64,000 bases of DNA from Rhodosorus marinus CCMP1338 (GCA_029953675.1 JAMWBK010000005.1:1674001-1738000), one strand, 5' to 3'. Shown: positions 1 to 11,688, numbered from the stretch's first letter. The notes: generated from the sequence alone by a model not told the origin. A program made the numbers and translations.

Positions 1-233
1 TAGAAACTTTTCATCTCTTAGCTGTAGGGATACGTTTTTGGGCCCTTTTTTCGAAACCTCATTTTTTTGGTTCGGTTTTTGACGCGAAATTGAGTGGAAA
101 TCTCGGAAGCGCTATTTTGGGGTGAGCGGGAAGGGGAGGGAGCGAGTTGGGGGAGGCAAGGGAGGGTTGGCTTTTCGGTTGGAGCTTTTGAGGAAGGTTG
201 GAGTGGTCTTTGAATAGGTAACAGAAGAATAAG

Positions 234-2209
234 ATGGGCAAGCACATATTTACGATTCTTCCAAATGTGGATTACAATGAGCACACGAAACTTCCCCCGA
301 CGAAGGAGTTCTGCAAACTGGTCCACGCGACCTTGAAGGCGATCGACGAGAGCACGGAGACCGTGTCCTTTATCACGTCGAGGAGGATTACTGCGGATCT
401 TGCCGAGTATGTTTTGAACTGTGATGGGCATTACAAGCTTGATATCACGAGACACTCGACGCTGCGCACCGCTTTGGCTCGACCCGAGTTGTCGGTTGCG
501 AGGGTGTGTGAGTTCGTCCTTTTCACTGGAGAGAATCCTCTTGAAGCGGATGACGACGCAGCTTGGCAGAAGTTCTGCATGAGAGCGGTATGTAATTTTG
601 CACCCAACTTTAACCTTTTTGTGCTTGTGAAGCGCTACTAAACGATTCTTGGTGGGATTCCAGGTCAGTATGGGTAGCTCTAAAGCAACCCTTTACCAGC
701 TGAAAGACGACCCATTCCGCTTCCCAGGGTTTGACAAGGAGGCTTTCTTAAAAAAATGGCAAGCTCCTTCAACACTGTATGTGGTACCCGGCGAGCAGGG
801 AGTCGACTCTGTGATGCCCGCTCCCAGCACGATCAAGCGGCTCACGAAGACCATGGATCTCCTCTGTGAGGATGACGATGCAGTTGCAGTATTTGTGGGA
901 GGAAAGAGCGGTGACGCCGTAGTCAGTGAAGCTATGTTGATGTGCGGTTATATGGAATCGACGCACCAAAGACCGAATAGGAATATTCCCGCCAGACTAG
1001 CAGTGATTACTAGGGGAAGGACGCTCGAGGTAGGTCCCAAATCTTTTCGTTCGATTGGTTTTTGGGTGCGTCATTTCCTCCGTGTCAGGGGGTCCCTAAC
1101 GAGACTATGCACAACAAACACCAGGAGAAAGCGGAGCTATCACAAGATTTTATTAGCACGGTTGGTCGAAACGCGAAGGAAACGTACCTCATCGTTAACG
1201 GCGATCAAGTCACAGAGATTAAGGAGATGGCGGCTCTCGCCCAATACGACCTGGTTGAAGAAGTGCGTACAATTCGTAGCCTTCTTTTTGCATCATAGAT
1301 TGAGAACAACAGTACCTAAACCTGTTTGAGCACCATGTTCATCAGGCCGACGAGGACGGGGAGGACGAGGACCCGCTTGAAGCTCTGCGCGCAAAGTATC
1401 CGACAGTTCAAGAGCCAGCCGAGGACGAGGCAAACCCGGCGGAGGTTTCGGAAGCTGCGGAAGCGACAGATGCTGCTGATGAAACTGGGGCTCCGGAGGC
1501 AATCGATGCTCTTGAGGTGGTTGTCGCCGCAGAAGTGTTGGACGCCCCAGATGTGCTGGACGCCCCAGATGTGCTGGACGCCCCAGATGTGCTGGACGCC
1601 CCAGATGTGCTGGACGCCCCAGATGTGCTGGACGCCCCAGATGTGCTGGACGCCCCAGATGTGCTGGACGCCCCAGATGTGCTGGACGCTCCAAAGGTGG
1701 TCGACGCACCAGAGGTCGTGGACGCACCAGAGGTCGTGGACGCACCAGAGGTCGTGGACGCACCAGAGGTCGTGGACGCTCCAGAGGTCGTGGACGCTCC
1801 AGAGGTCGTGGACGCTCCAGAGGTCGTGGACGCTCCAGAGGTCGTGGACGCTCCAGAGGCAGTGGACGCTCCAGAGGTCGTGGACGCTCCAGAGGCAGTG
1901 GACGCTCCAGAGGTCGTGGATGGTCCAGAGGTGGTGGATGGTCCAGAGGTGGTGGACACTCCAGAGGAGGCTGGCGCTCCAGAGGCGGACGATGCCCTTG
2001 CAGTCAACAGCAACGTCATCAAGATTCTCGGCGTTGAGTGTACGGAAGAGGAGACGGTGAAGATGGTTGAAGAGTACATGGAATACCACCCGAAGTCGTC
2101 TTCCGCCGCTTCATTCTTGACGGAGCTAAAGAAAAAGGACGCTGAGCCAGCACCGGCTGAGGACTTGCCGATGGATCTCCCCGGAACCACAGTGGAGGCC
2201 AGTGCGTAA
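234..2209 (+). CDS. Hypothetical protein: globular-looking N-terminal region plus acidic hexapeptide repeat tract; 4 exons
   Basis: ORFs 234-641, 649-1329, 1062-1298 and the frame of 1517-2209 join in frame through GT-AG introns 588-663, 1030-1088 and 1263-1312 (junction reads ...YDLVEE|YLNLFEHH...). Stop at 2207-2209. No family recognised. Confidence 0.7.
1532..1963 (+). repeat. 18-bp coding tandem repeat, 24 units encoding (D/E)-V-(L/V)-D-A-P
   Basis: Directly visible: 9 units of the ctggacgccccagatgtg type, then gtggacgc(a/t)ccagaggtc-type units; 432 bp = 24 x 18. Confidence 0.97.
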
Positions 2210-2656
2210 CTATAACTGGAGGTGCCCTTGTGACTGCCGAATCCTTTGGACTAATTGGATGTTGTTTCCGTGTGCTTTTCTTTCGGGACGCTGGCTCGGG
2301 GGTCCAGCCAAACCGGGCGATTACCGGGTTTTTGTCTTTTTTTTAAAGAACCAGTCCAGGGTTCTGTTCTGGCGATGTATTTTGACGCTCTGAACATCGG
2401 ATTCGCGAGCCATGATCTTCGTGAAAGAACTATTCTTTATTACATGGTCTCCCTTCTCAGACTTTCTGAGATACGGAGTGGTCTTTGAACTTTTGAAACA
2501 TCAATATAGTTTCGGCCTCAAGGGTACACAGCCAACAGCCTGGGCATCAATATCGCATCCCAACTACTGATCAACTATTTTTTGTGGAGAGCGGCATTGT
2601 TTAACTCGTGCCAAACCCTGAGCATGCAGACATATTGCTAGGGAGGCACATACACC

Positions 2657-3517
2657 TTAAATGCGAAACCTTCCACCGTCAAGCTCATCCATTTTAGACG
2701 AAATTGCAGCATACTTTCCTCCCATAAGATCTAGAACTTGTCGCCAGAGGGGACGTGGCAACTGAATGCAGTGATCGGTTACTACGTCATTTGAAGTAAC
2801 AGCCACAAACCAAGCACCTTCCTTAACTTCCTCCTCGAGTTGATTTTTCTCCCAGCCCGCGTATCCATAGAAGAATCGTAGACGATTCGGATCCAACTGT
2901 CCCTTCTTAGCGAGTTGAATAGCACCCGGGACTCCACCTACGAAGACGTCCTTCACAACCTCCGTGTTCCCCTCTAGACCTTGATAGTCGTGGAGCACGA
3001 TGATATTGCTTGAGCCGACTGGACCACCCAAGTACACCGGGCTTCGACCAAGGAGATCGGCGACAACCTTACCATCACCTTCAATGTTACCGGTGATCTT
3101 TATCTCAGACCTTCGGAGTGGACGGTTTAGCACAACACCGCAAGAGCCTGACTCTCCGTGCTCCAAGATGAAAACGACTGTCTGGGCAAAGTACTCCTGG
3201 GAATCGTTGAAGAAGTACGGGGACGCGACCAAAATGCACCCCTTCTCCACTGCAGAGACTTCATGAGCCCATCTAGAGGGAAGTCGCGCATCATCCCGGC
3301 CAGATTTCTCCTGGGCCACCAGACGCGCTCGAAAACTCCTCCAGTCGTCCTTGGATTCCACTCCAGCACCATCCCCAGTCTCAGCACCGTCCCCCGCCTC
3401 GCACTTAAGAACCACCCGTCTGTCCCGTCCCACCAGCCCTCGCGCTTGTCCTCGAGACCGAACCTGCGGAGCTCTGCCAATCTGACCGCCTACGAAACCA
3501 CTAGCAAACGCAAACAT
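2657..3517 (-). CDS. DUF179 / YqgE-AlgH family protein with probable plastid transit peptide
   Basis: Motifs ILVA...YFAQTVVFILEHGESGSCGVVLNRP, VYLGGPV, RFFYGYAGWEKNQLEEEVKEGAW and LWRQVLDLMGG. Likely start MFAFASGF at 3517; intronless. Confidence 0.9.
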   Translation of the reverse strand: MFAFASGFVGGQIGRAPQVRSRGQARGLVGRDRRVVLKCEAGDGAETGDGAGVESKDDWRSFRARLVAQEKSGRDDARLPSRWAHEVSAVEKGCILVASPYFFNDSQEYFAQTVVFILEHGESGSCGVVLNRPLRRSEIKITGNIEGDGKVVADLLGRSPVYLGGPVGSSNIIVLHDYQGLEGNTEVVKDVFVGGVPGAIQLAKKGQLDPNRLRFFYGYAGWEKNQLEEEVKEGAWFVAVTSNDVVTDHCIQLPRPLWRQVLDLMGGKYAAISSKMDELDGGRFRI

Positions 3518-4185
3518 TTTCCAAACCCCTCCAATAAAAAACCCCGCGTCCACAGATCCAAAACCCACTCCCAACCACCACTCTCTCTCCCCCACTCCAC
3601 TCCCAAAAAAAAAAACCACACACACACACAGTTTCCGAAACAAACAAACAGAGACAAAAGAATTCGTTCTATCAACACATCATCATACCCTCTCAAAAAA
3701 AACCCTCAAAAAAAAAACTCACAGAAGCAACTTTTTAGCAGCCGACCAAACCACACACACACCCCAAAACCCCACTTTCATTCAAGAATCCATCCCTCTA
3801 TCTCTCCAAACCAACAAATCGTCATCTATCACCAAAACGTATTCCGCCCCTCCCGGCCCCTCTCGAAAAATACTAAAAAAGATCTCCTCCTCAGATACAT
3901 GTATATCCCAACCGTAGAAAGTTGCAATCCCCCCTCTTCCCCCTCCCCCTCCAAACAAACCCTTGTCTACCCCTTCATTCAAAAACTCGCAAATGCACAA
4001 CTTCCTCCAATTTCTACTTTAATTACACAATTTAGATTTATCATACTCCATCCTCCCCCCCCCCCCCCCCCTCCAGACCCTCTTACTAAAACTCTTATTC
4101 CATACTACTTCAGATTTTCATGTGCCGTTCGAAAACAAACATTTGATTGTTATGTACTCCCAACACCTGGCCAACAAAAAAATTA

Positions 4186-4210
4186 AAATAAAATAAAATA
4201 AAATAAAATA
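4186..4210 (+). repeat. (AAAAT)n pentanucleotide microsatellite
   Basis: About five copies of aaaat in the intergenic region. Confidence 0.8.
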
Positions 4211-4651
4211 CAGGATGGACAGCCTGTCGAAATCGAGAAGACAGTCTGTCTATTGTTTCCGTTGATCGATTCTGGTTTATTATGAATTGTTCGTACCCGT
4301 AAGTTTCGTATCCCTATACGAAGATATTTCTTTTTTTATTTCAAAAATATGACGGATGTTTGGTTGGAAAGTTAAAAGGCGGAGGGGTGAGGGGAGAGCG
4401 TGGATTGAGATTGCTTGGTGTCGTTGTTTGTGATTGAGTGGTGGGATCGATTATGTGGATGGGATCGATTATGTTGGTGGGGAGAAATTGGGATCCGGCT
4501 GAATGGTTTGGGATCTGAAAGAGATTTAGATGCGTTTTGGATCTATAAGAGAGGTTTTTGGGGGAGGAGGAGGTTTGCGTGAAGTTGTTTGGTTTGTGCT
4601 TTGTAGTGTTTTTTTTGTGAGAGGAGGGAGGTTGTTGTTAGAGGGGTTTTA

Positions 4652-5531
4652 ATGGCTTCTTGTTTTGTAGGATCTGTCTCGTTGAAGGGCAGGGTTGGAG
4701 TTTCTAGTGTTTGTGGGAGAGGTGTTAGGCGGACATCGGTGGTGAAGATGGCGACGTCGACGGGATGGGGCCGGACGGCAACTGAGGAAGAGCTGAAGAC
4801 GGATTTACCGAAGCTGTTTGTGTACGATCATTGTCAGTATTGCGTGAGGTGCCGGATGGTGTTTGGGTTGAGGGGCGAGAAATATGATCTTTACTTCCTG
4901 TCTAATGACGACGCGATCACGCCGACGAAAATGATCGGGAAGAAAGTGCTTCCAATATTGAGCATCGGCGGTAACGCTATGGGTGAATCGATGGATATCA
5001 TTGCTAAGATTGAAGGTGATCGTCCGGCTCTGAAACCCGCAACAGGGCGAACAGATATTAAGGAGTGGCTGGCTAAAACAACTGGCGTTCAAAGAATGTT
5101 GACCAGACCGAGACTGGCAAAGACGCCTCTGGCTGAGTTTCAGACAAAGTAGTCCATATTCGCAAACTTATCAAGCATGGCTTTGTATTTATTTTTTGAG
5201 AATGCTCAATGGTTGTATCCACTTGCTTGTCGCGAACAGATCATCGAGAGAAACGTATGCCAATAACCACAAAACCTACGATGAAATGTTGTCGAAGACG
5301 GACGAGCTACTCGCCTCCTTCAACGAGTCCTTGAAAGAGCTCGAAGCCATGCTGGACAGCGACGAATCGGTTAGTCCTGGCGGTATTGGATACGATGACA
5401 TTGAACTCTTCCCGCGAATTCGCGGAATTACGATGGTCAAGGGCGTCGAGTTTCCGCCCAAGCTCAAATCGTATGCAGAAAAGATGTCCGAGCGATGCGA
5501 CATTCCACTGTTTTATTATTGCGCATCGTAG
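4652..5531 (+). CDS. grxB: Glutaredoxin 2 (GrxB family, GST-like fold) with plastid transit peptide; 2 exons
   Basis: KLFVYDHCQYCVRCRMVFGL matches the recalled GrxB N-terminus (LYIYDHCPYC). MIGKKVLPIL, MGESMDII and DDIELFPRIRGITMVKGVEFP also match. Intron 5149-5239 joins the two ORFs in frame. Confidence 0.88.
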
Positions 5532-5653
5532 AGGCAAAAAAATTCCGTTGGACGTCCTCGCTTGTCAGTCCAACGCTTCCCCAACAACTTGAGCGGACTT
5601 CATATTGCCTGGTGTCGTCAGCCCCCACGTGTGTTCCGGAATTATCGTGTTGA

Positions 5654-6383
5654 TCATTGGTAAACTTTGGCCAAGGACTCCAACCACGATATCGCTGAAG
5701 GAACTAGCTCTGAAACTGGCCTCATGCAGTCAATCTCCAGCACTGGAGTAGATTTCATCTCGTACGAGTCCATCCCATAGTGAGCTTTAATCTCATTCAC
5801 GTCCGTCGGCTTGTGGTCCTAGCGCACACCCGAAACCGGACATCGTCAGTCGAAATCGTCTACTTTTTGCCTTCCAACAAAGTTTGTATCCTCACCTCCT
5901 CATGACCCGTTCTTTGGCGATGACTTCGCTCGCAAAGTCTCCTGCCCCATTCCTCTTCATTGAGTACGCAGTGCATGACGACGGGTAGTGCACCACCTTC
6001 TTGAGCTGTGACGACTCCTGGAATTCCATTGTTGCACGGGTGAAATGGGGGGCTTTCTCAGCCAAGGAAGGGAGACAAGATCGGGAACTTCCATTCTTAA
6101 TACCTTGTCTGTAAAGATCCTCTCGACCCAGAGGACTTTCAACGACGACGCTATGTCCCACCATCAACTGAGTCTCGACCATCCTCCAGAGAACCCCATA
6201 GCACATTGCATTTGTGCTCATCTCAGTATGCCATCGCTCATCCTTCTCAAGCTCCACAGCGACGTCCCTCACGTCGTCCTTGCACAGAAGGCACATCCTC
6301 GCCTGCTTTGCCAGCTCCACGGAAAAGGTTGTTTTGCCAACTCCAGGATAGCCCCTGATCAACACCACAATCTTCTTTGCCAT
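5654..6383 (-). CDS. P-loop nucleotide kinase-like protein (AAA_33-like); 3 exons
   Basis: Walker A GYPGVGKTT followed by CKDDVRD. Introns about 6018-6103 and 5819-5895 give ...EEWGRRLCER...DHKPTD...VYQ*, with stop at 5654-5656. Confidence 0.8.
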
Positions 6384-7350
6384 CCAATGTCTTCACAGTT
6401 TGAGCGGCCAACGACTACTCAAAAGTACGGATCCAGTTAGAAACTCAGAATGACTACTCGAAGGCAAAACCGTTCGCTCCGTATAAGAAGCCGAGACGGC
6501 CAAAACTGGATTGCAATTAGTGGCAGCAGCGCAGCGGCGAGCAGGATCTCCTCCGATCACTGCCAGACTCTGCTATGGTGTTTTGTCATCATGTGCCCTA
6601 GTCTGAACGAGAAAGCCAATGAATGGCTAAAGGACAAGCCGGCTTGTTGACTCAACCAACATTACCCTGGATGTCCGTACTGCCTGTCCATGTGTGAGCA
6701 GAACTTGGTAAGCGAGGTGCCGAAATCGTGCAACTCGGGCTCTGGCAATCCCCATTTCCTCGAGGCGCCGATGAAGCGTCGTATGCTTATGTAATAGGTC
6801 CAACGTGGTTCGGCTGAACCCTTGACCTATCCCAGTGAGAGCTTGCTCGGCGGTGGCGACGCTAAATACTACTTTGTGAGATTAGGAGCCGCGATCTAAT
6901 CTCCTGGAATTGTATCCTTAGCTTCAGCTTGCTGTTACACACACTCCATCCTGCTTGTTAAGAGTATGAGTAAGGGGAACCAAGCCAAACTTGAGACAGA
7001 TTCATTGCTGGATAACTCCTGCACCCGCTGCGTTCCGATCTGCCCATCAGTGGTTGGTGCGCCTGCACAAAAGTCGAAGACTTTCAAAAGCTTCCACGGG
7101 GTCACATGAGCTACATGCTCAGCTATGTCAGAGATCAGTTTCGCAAAGAGCGGGCTGCGAGCCTTGCGCAGTTATCAAGTCTGTGCTTTAAAAGTCAGTC
7201 GGACGGATTTGATCTTTTCTACAGTGAAGGTCTTCAGAAAGCAAAAGCATACCAACAGGTTCGATGTACAATTCCTGTGAATTCTCCTCTTGACGCCCAC
7301 AACATCCAAAAGTTTATAAATATGTTTTCACCTTCGCCATCCAGTGGCGC

Positions 7351-9297
7351 TCAGTTCGGACGAGGGTGCTCTCGGAGATCATGATGAAAGTTCGTCGCTC
7401 TTGCCCTGTCTTCGGCTCTTCTCAGAGCTTCCGCCATGGACTGCTCGCCACTCCAAAAGTCGATCCATAGGAGCCTCTCACCATCGGAGCTCCCTGGTTG
7501 CCGGTCCTTACCCCGCTGCGTCGTTGCCTTCTTCTTGCTGATCAAGCTCGCCAGGGAGGAAGAAGCCTCTTTCACTCCTCGCCGTAGCTTATCCAGGGTT
7601 TCTGTAAGCTTTGGGTTGGTGAGATCTGAGCCGTCCTTCAGTTCTTCACGCAACTGTTGGTTGGCGGCCTTCAGATCTCGCAGCAAGACGCTGTCGTGGT
7701 GGGTTGCAGACTCCTTGAGTCTTGCGTGAATCAAAGCTGTTTCCTGTACGAAGACGGCCAGCGCCGAACAAGACAATTTAGATCCAGGAGCAAGTGGAAC
7801 GAGTTGTCAGTGTGAGCCAGTCATATGCGTCAGGAACGCAAACGCAGAATGATGACGCGGAGAGCTTCTGGCATGATTCAGGCCACAGGAAGGCGTGCTT
7901 TGTTCCCGCAAAATTTTTCGTTTGTCGTTTGGTACCTTTTCCGAGCTTTCCAAGAACTCTACAGCTTTGTCCTTCTGAGCATGGAGGTCTTCTTCCGCTG
8001 CTTCAATCCCACAGGCTATCAGGGCGCTGCCAAGTAAATCTTCTCTGTGGTGGCTGACAATATCCATGTCCGGGGCCTCTGAGACCGAAGGCAGTTTGCA
8101 CGATTGGAGGTCTTTGAGAAGTCCTGTGAAGTCTTCAATGCTCGCTTGAAATCCGCGCATGGCTTCAAGCATTAGACTTGCCCGGTGTTTCGATTTCTCC
8201 ATTGCTGTCAACGTCTCCTGGTGCAAGTCCCTCGAACGGATCAACAGCTCATATCGACATTGCGCTTCTGGTATGGAGAGCGAGTGGGCCATATTCAACC
8301 GCCACAGCATGTCGACGTCCTTTTGGAGTCGCTCAAATTCCGATGCGAAGTTCTCCCTTGTCTTGCTTATCAATGACATTAGCTCTGAACGTGACTTGCA
8401 ACCCTGAAGACCTGCTGAATCTAAGCCATGCGGTGAGAGAAAAAGTTTGAGCGGAGCCAGACGAGAGCTCAAGAGAGACAAAAAAACCGGCGACGATTGG
8501 TCACCTTTCACGGCGGAGTCCATGACCTCGGCTTTCTCTAATCGAGAGGCTTCCAGGATGTTCTTGATTTCAACATCGCGCAGAGCATTATGCAGTCTTG
8601 ATATCTCCAGGGCTTCTTCCTCCGATACTCTGAACGTGGGCTCTGCGAGCATACGCTCGTTAGGCAAGGCTGCAGATTCCAAGTACGTTTTTTGATTCTC
8701 GATCTCAGCGCTTAGCAGGGGGCAGACAGTCTGTATCGAGCGCGACCATGTCTCTAGAGCCTTGTCCGAATTCTCACACAGATCGGCTACTAGGTTTTCA
8801 TAGTGACTGCCGGCATTTAAGAGCTCCTCTACCACTCCTGGAAAGACAGCCTCATCTGCGACTTCTTCCAGTACGTGAATAGAGTTTTCATATTTTTGAA
8901 GGTTTGACAGCAAGAGATTTTTCATTCCTTGCAGCTGCTGAATGCATTTCTCATCTGAGTCGATGTCCTGGAGCAAGTCATCCAACTCATGTTGTGAAAC
9001 ACTTGCCGGTGTACCTTCTACTTCATTGCTGCAATCATCTCCCAACGCTTTCAATGCATGTTTGAGCTCATCTCCATCCAACGTACTGCCCTGGCTCTCG
9101 AGCTCACGAAAGATATCCAACTCTTGCTCCGACAGGAGCTGCGCCTCTGTCGAAATCGATTCGAAGACATGTTCAAGAAATTCCCTAGACTCCGGTAACA
9201 ATAGGAGCCATTCCACCGAGTTTTCATCGCTCTGCAGTCCAAGAGCTCCCAATGCATCAACGAGGCCCTCGGCGGTCATTCCGGTTGACCCTGCCAT
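7351..9297 (-). CDS. HAUS3: Augmin/HAUS complex subunit 3-like coiled-coil protein
   Basis: N-terminus (WLL...REFLEHVFESISTEAQLLSEQELDIFRELESQGSTLDGDELKHAL) resembles the recalled HAUS3 N-terminal domain. Coiled-coil body; C-terminal LLWIDFW. ORFs 7807-9297 and 7351-7776 join via a phase-0 intron at about 7744-7935 (a small internal exon is possible). Confidence 0.72.
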
Positions 9298-10648
9298 CCA
9301 GTGGCGGCACAGTTCTTACCCTCAACCAGGTGATACCCTGAGAACAACAACTAGAACCTGGCTACAATTTCCCCATGCCAGCCTTGATCCAAGAACGAAC
9401 TGTCAGCATTCTCACCACGTTCCTGTTCCCAGACTTTCCTCCTGACGGAGAATAGATGAACAGCCTGCTCACTAGGCCAATGACTCAGCTTCATCCTGCA
9501 AGAGATCCATTACTTTGAGATATATATAAACAATAGAAATAAAAACGACCCTCAATCAAGATATATTAAACAATGAATATATATTCCGGTATTTACAGTT
9601 TATGACTGATATGATCATTATTATTTATATTTTCAATATATTTGAATTCAAATTTGATTGGCGTTACTCAGTACCTGAGAATGTTAAGAGTCAGTGGTTT
9701 TGGCAATTTGGGGTGGGTTTGCAGGTATGTGGTAGGACCACACAACGTTGGAAGAGTTCTAACTCACGTTGGTTCACTCTTGTCAGCCTGCCTTGTGGAT
9801 GTGACACTGGAGTTTGCTCGTCAAAGTAGAAGGCTGCTATGCAAAACAAATCAGGAAAAACGTCGAATATTATCTGCTTGATAGGGACACTCAAGTGTGC
9901 CTATTTGGGAAACGAGCTTGTTTTCATGTGTATGTATTCAAGTCGACTGTCCGTGCTTGGTGTTAGTCGTCTCCCACGTAAAAGTTTCAAAACACTGCAA
10001 TATTCGTATGTGAACTCTACCGTTCCAGAATGGAAACTTGGTCTGTCTCGGCTGGCTTTCAGCCCTTTGCAAATCGCCCCTCCCACGTTCAGCATCTCGC
10101 ATGTGAGCATGATGTGACTTTCCTCTCGCGAGAGCTACTAATCTACGTACCCAGTGGCTAACGAGGATACTCCTCTTACAAACGCCGCGATTGAGTTCCT
10201 CGTGACGATGAATTTTGTTGGCCTACCTTTATCCAGAACGCATAAAAGGTTTACCAATTGAACCACGTGGGACGCTCTCGGACAAGCTTTTCGACAAGCT
10301 TCCGATGCAGAAGAGTTATAGAGCCAACCCATAATCCGTGTGGGAGGGCCGAACTAATTCGGAAAGTATTTCTGCTCAAGGGCAATGCAAAGCAAATCAA
10401 TACGGTAGTCGATATCGGAGCTGATAGCAAGTTTGGACACAGAAGGAGGAGGAGTACAATTGCTCAATGCTCTCTGGCTGATAGATTTCCCGGAATGACT
10501 TCTCAGGACCATTTTTCAGGCGACTACTAATCGAGCTTGGACTCACTAGCAATGCTTCTGTTGCAGTATTGGACTTTCGCTAGCTTTACCTCTCAATAAT
10601 GCACGTTTTACCTAGCAACAGTCAGGATAATTGATGGCTGTACACTGT

Positions 10649-11688
10649 TCAAGGAGGTAGCTTGAGTTTCTTTCCGGTTTTTCTACTGCAAAAGGTTCAA
10701 ACGGGGAGCCCGTCGGTATCAGTGGAATGATCTACTCATCTTGTGCTGGAAGGAGAACGTACCTCATGAAGTAGTGATAGAAAAAGTCCGAATACAATGC
10801 GGTCTGTACTAGACCGGCCACAGATACGAGGATCTTCGGTTTTCCCTCGTACATGTAACGCCAAATCCAGTTCAAGAGATACCACGCGCGATAAGCTGTG
10901 AACAAAAAAAAGCACAAACAGGATTTAGATTCGTGCAAAGCCCGGCTCCAAGCCTCGGTTTTCTAATCTCAGCAGGTTCAGAATAACCGTTCAAAGTGTA
11001 CTCACATCCAAGCGCAACAACATAATGGGCAGTAATGTTCTCAACTTCTCCAGTCTTCTGCAGCAGGAACAATTGCGGCATAATAGCTAAGGACTCCAAG
11101 AAAATCGAGAATGCCCAAATAATCTACAAATAGGAAAACTTCACGATGAGCACATCGTTCACAGAACGAATACGAAAGTTCCCAAGTTGAAGCAAAGTAC
11201 CTCGAACGGCGTGACTTTGAGATGGAAAACGATTGCACACAGTGCAGCAGGTCCTATCAAGAATTCAATCCTGAAGGTGTCGTTAACTTCATCGTAGGTA
11301 TGCTTGTACTTCTTCAGGATCAAAAAGATCGTGTATACTGATGTCCCGATAAAGGCAAGCTTCATGATCGTGTTATAAAATCGCAGTGGACTATGAAACG
11401 GGTTCAACCAGAACAAATCCATATATCGACATGAGAAAACGACGAGATAAAGTATCTGCGTTCGCAACGAAATGCCTGGATAAAGGCAAAAAGAAAAAAC
11501 AGAAATCGCACGTTTTTCACAAGTCAGTATCCTGGCAACTCCCGACTCGGATTAAAGACGCATTCCCTTTTGGCCCAGGAAGAAAGGTCGTGCTCACCCG
11601 CACAGCTCTTCGTCATTGTCATCTTTCGAAGCAAAATGAGAATTGCGGCCACATGAAAGAGGTCCCCGAGAATTCTAAAAACATTCAT
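10649..11688 (-). CDS. ERD2: ER lumen protein-retaining (KDEL/HDEL) receptor; multi-exon
   Basis: [20 protein letters not shown]...[66 protein letters not shown] and [15 protein letters not shown]. Last exon [11 protein letters not shown]. Confidence 0.95.

Noticed and set aside
1293-2190. Several long alternative-frame and antisense ORFs over the 18-bp repeat (WTPQMC, TTSGAS, HDLWSV repeats)
   Set aside because: By-products of a stop-free repeat; only the acidic plus frame splices to upstream exons and has a sensible C-terminus.
6450-7340. Possible multi-exon gene between the P-loop kinase and HAUS3
   Set aside because: Plausible exon fragments and splice sites exist on both strands, but I could not build one consistent model or recognise a family.
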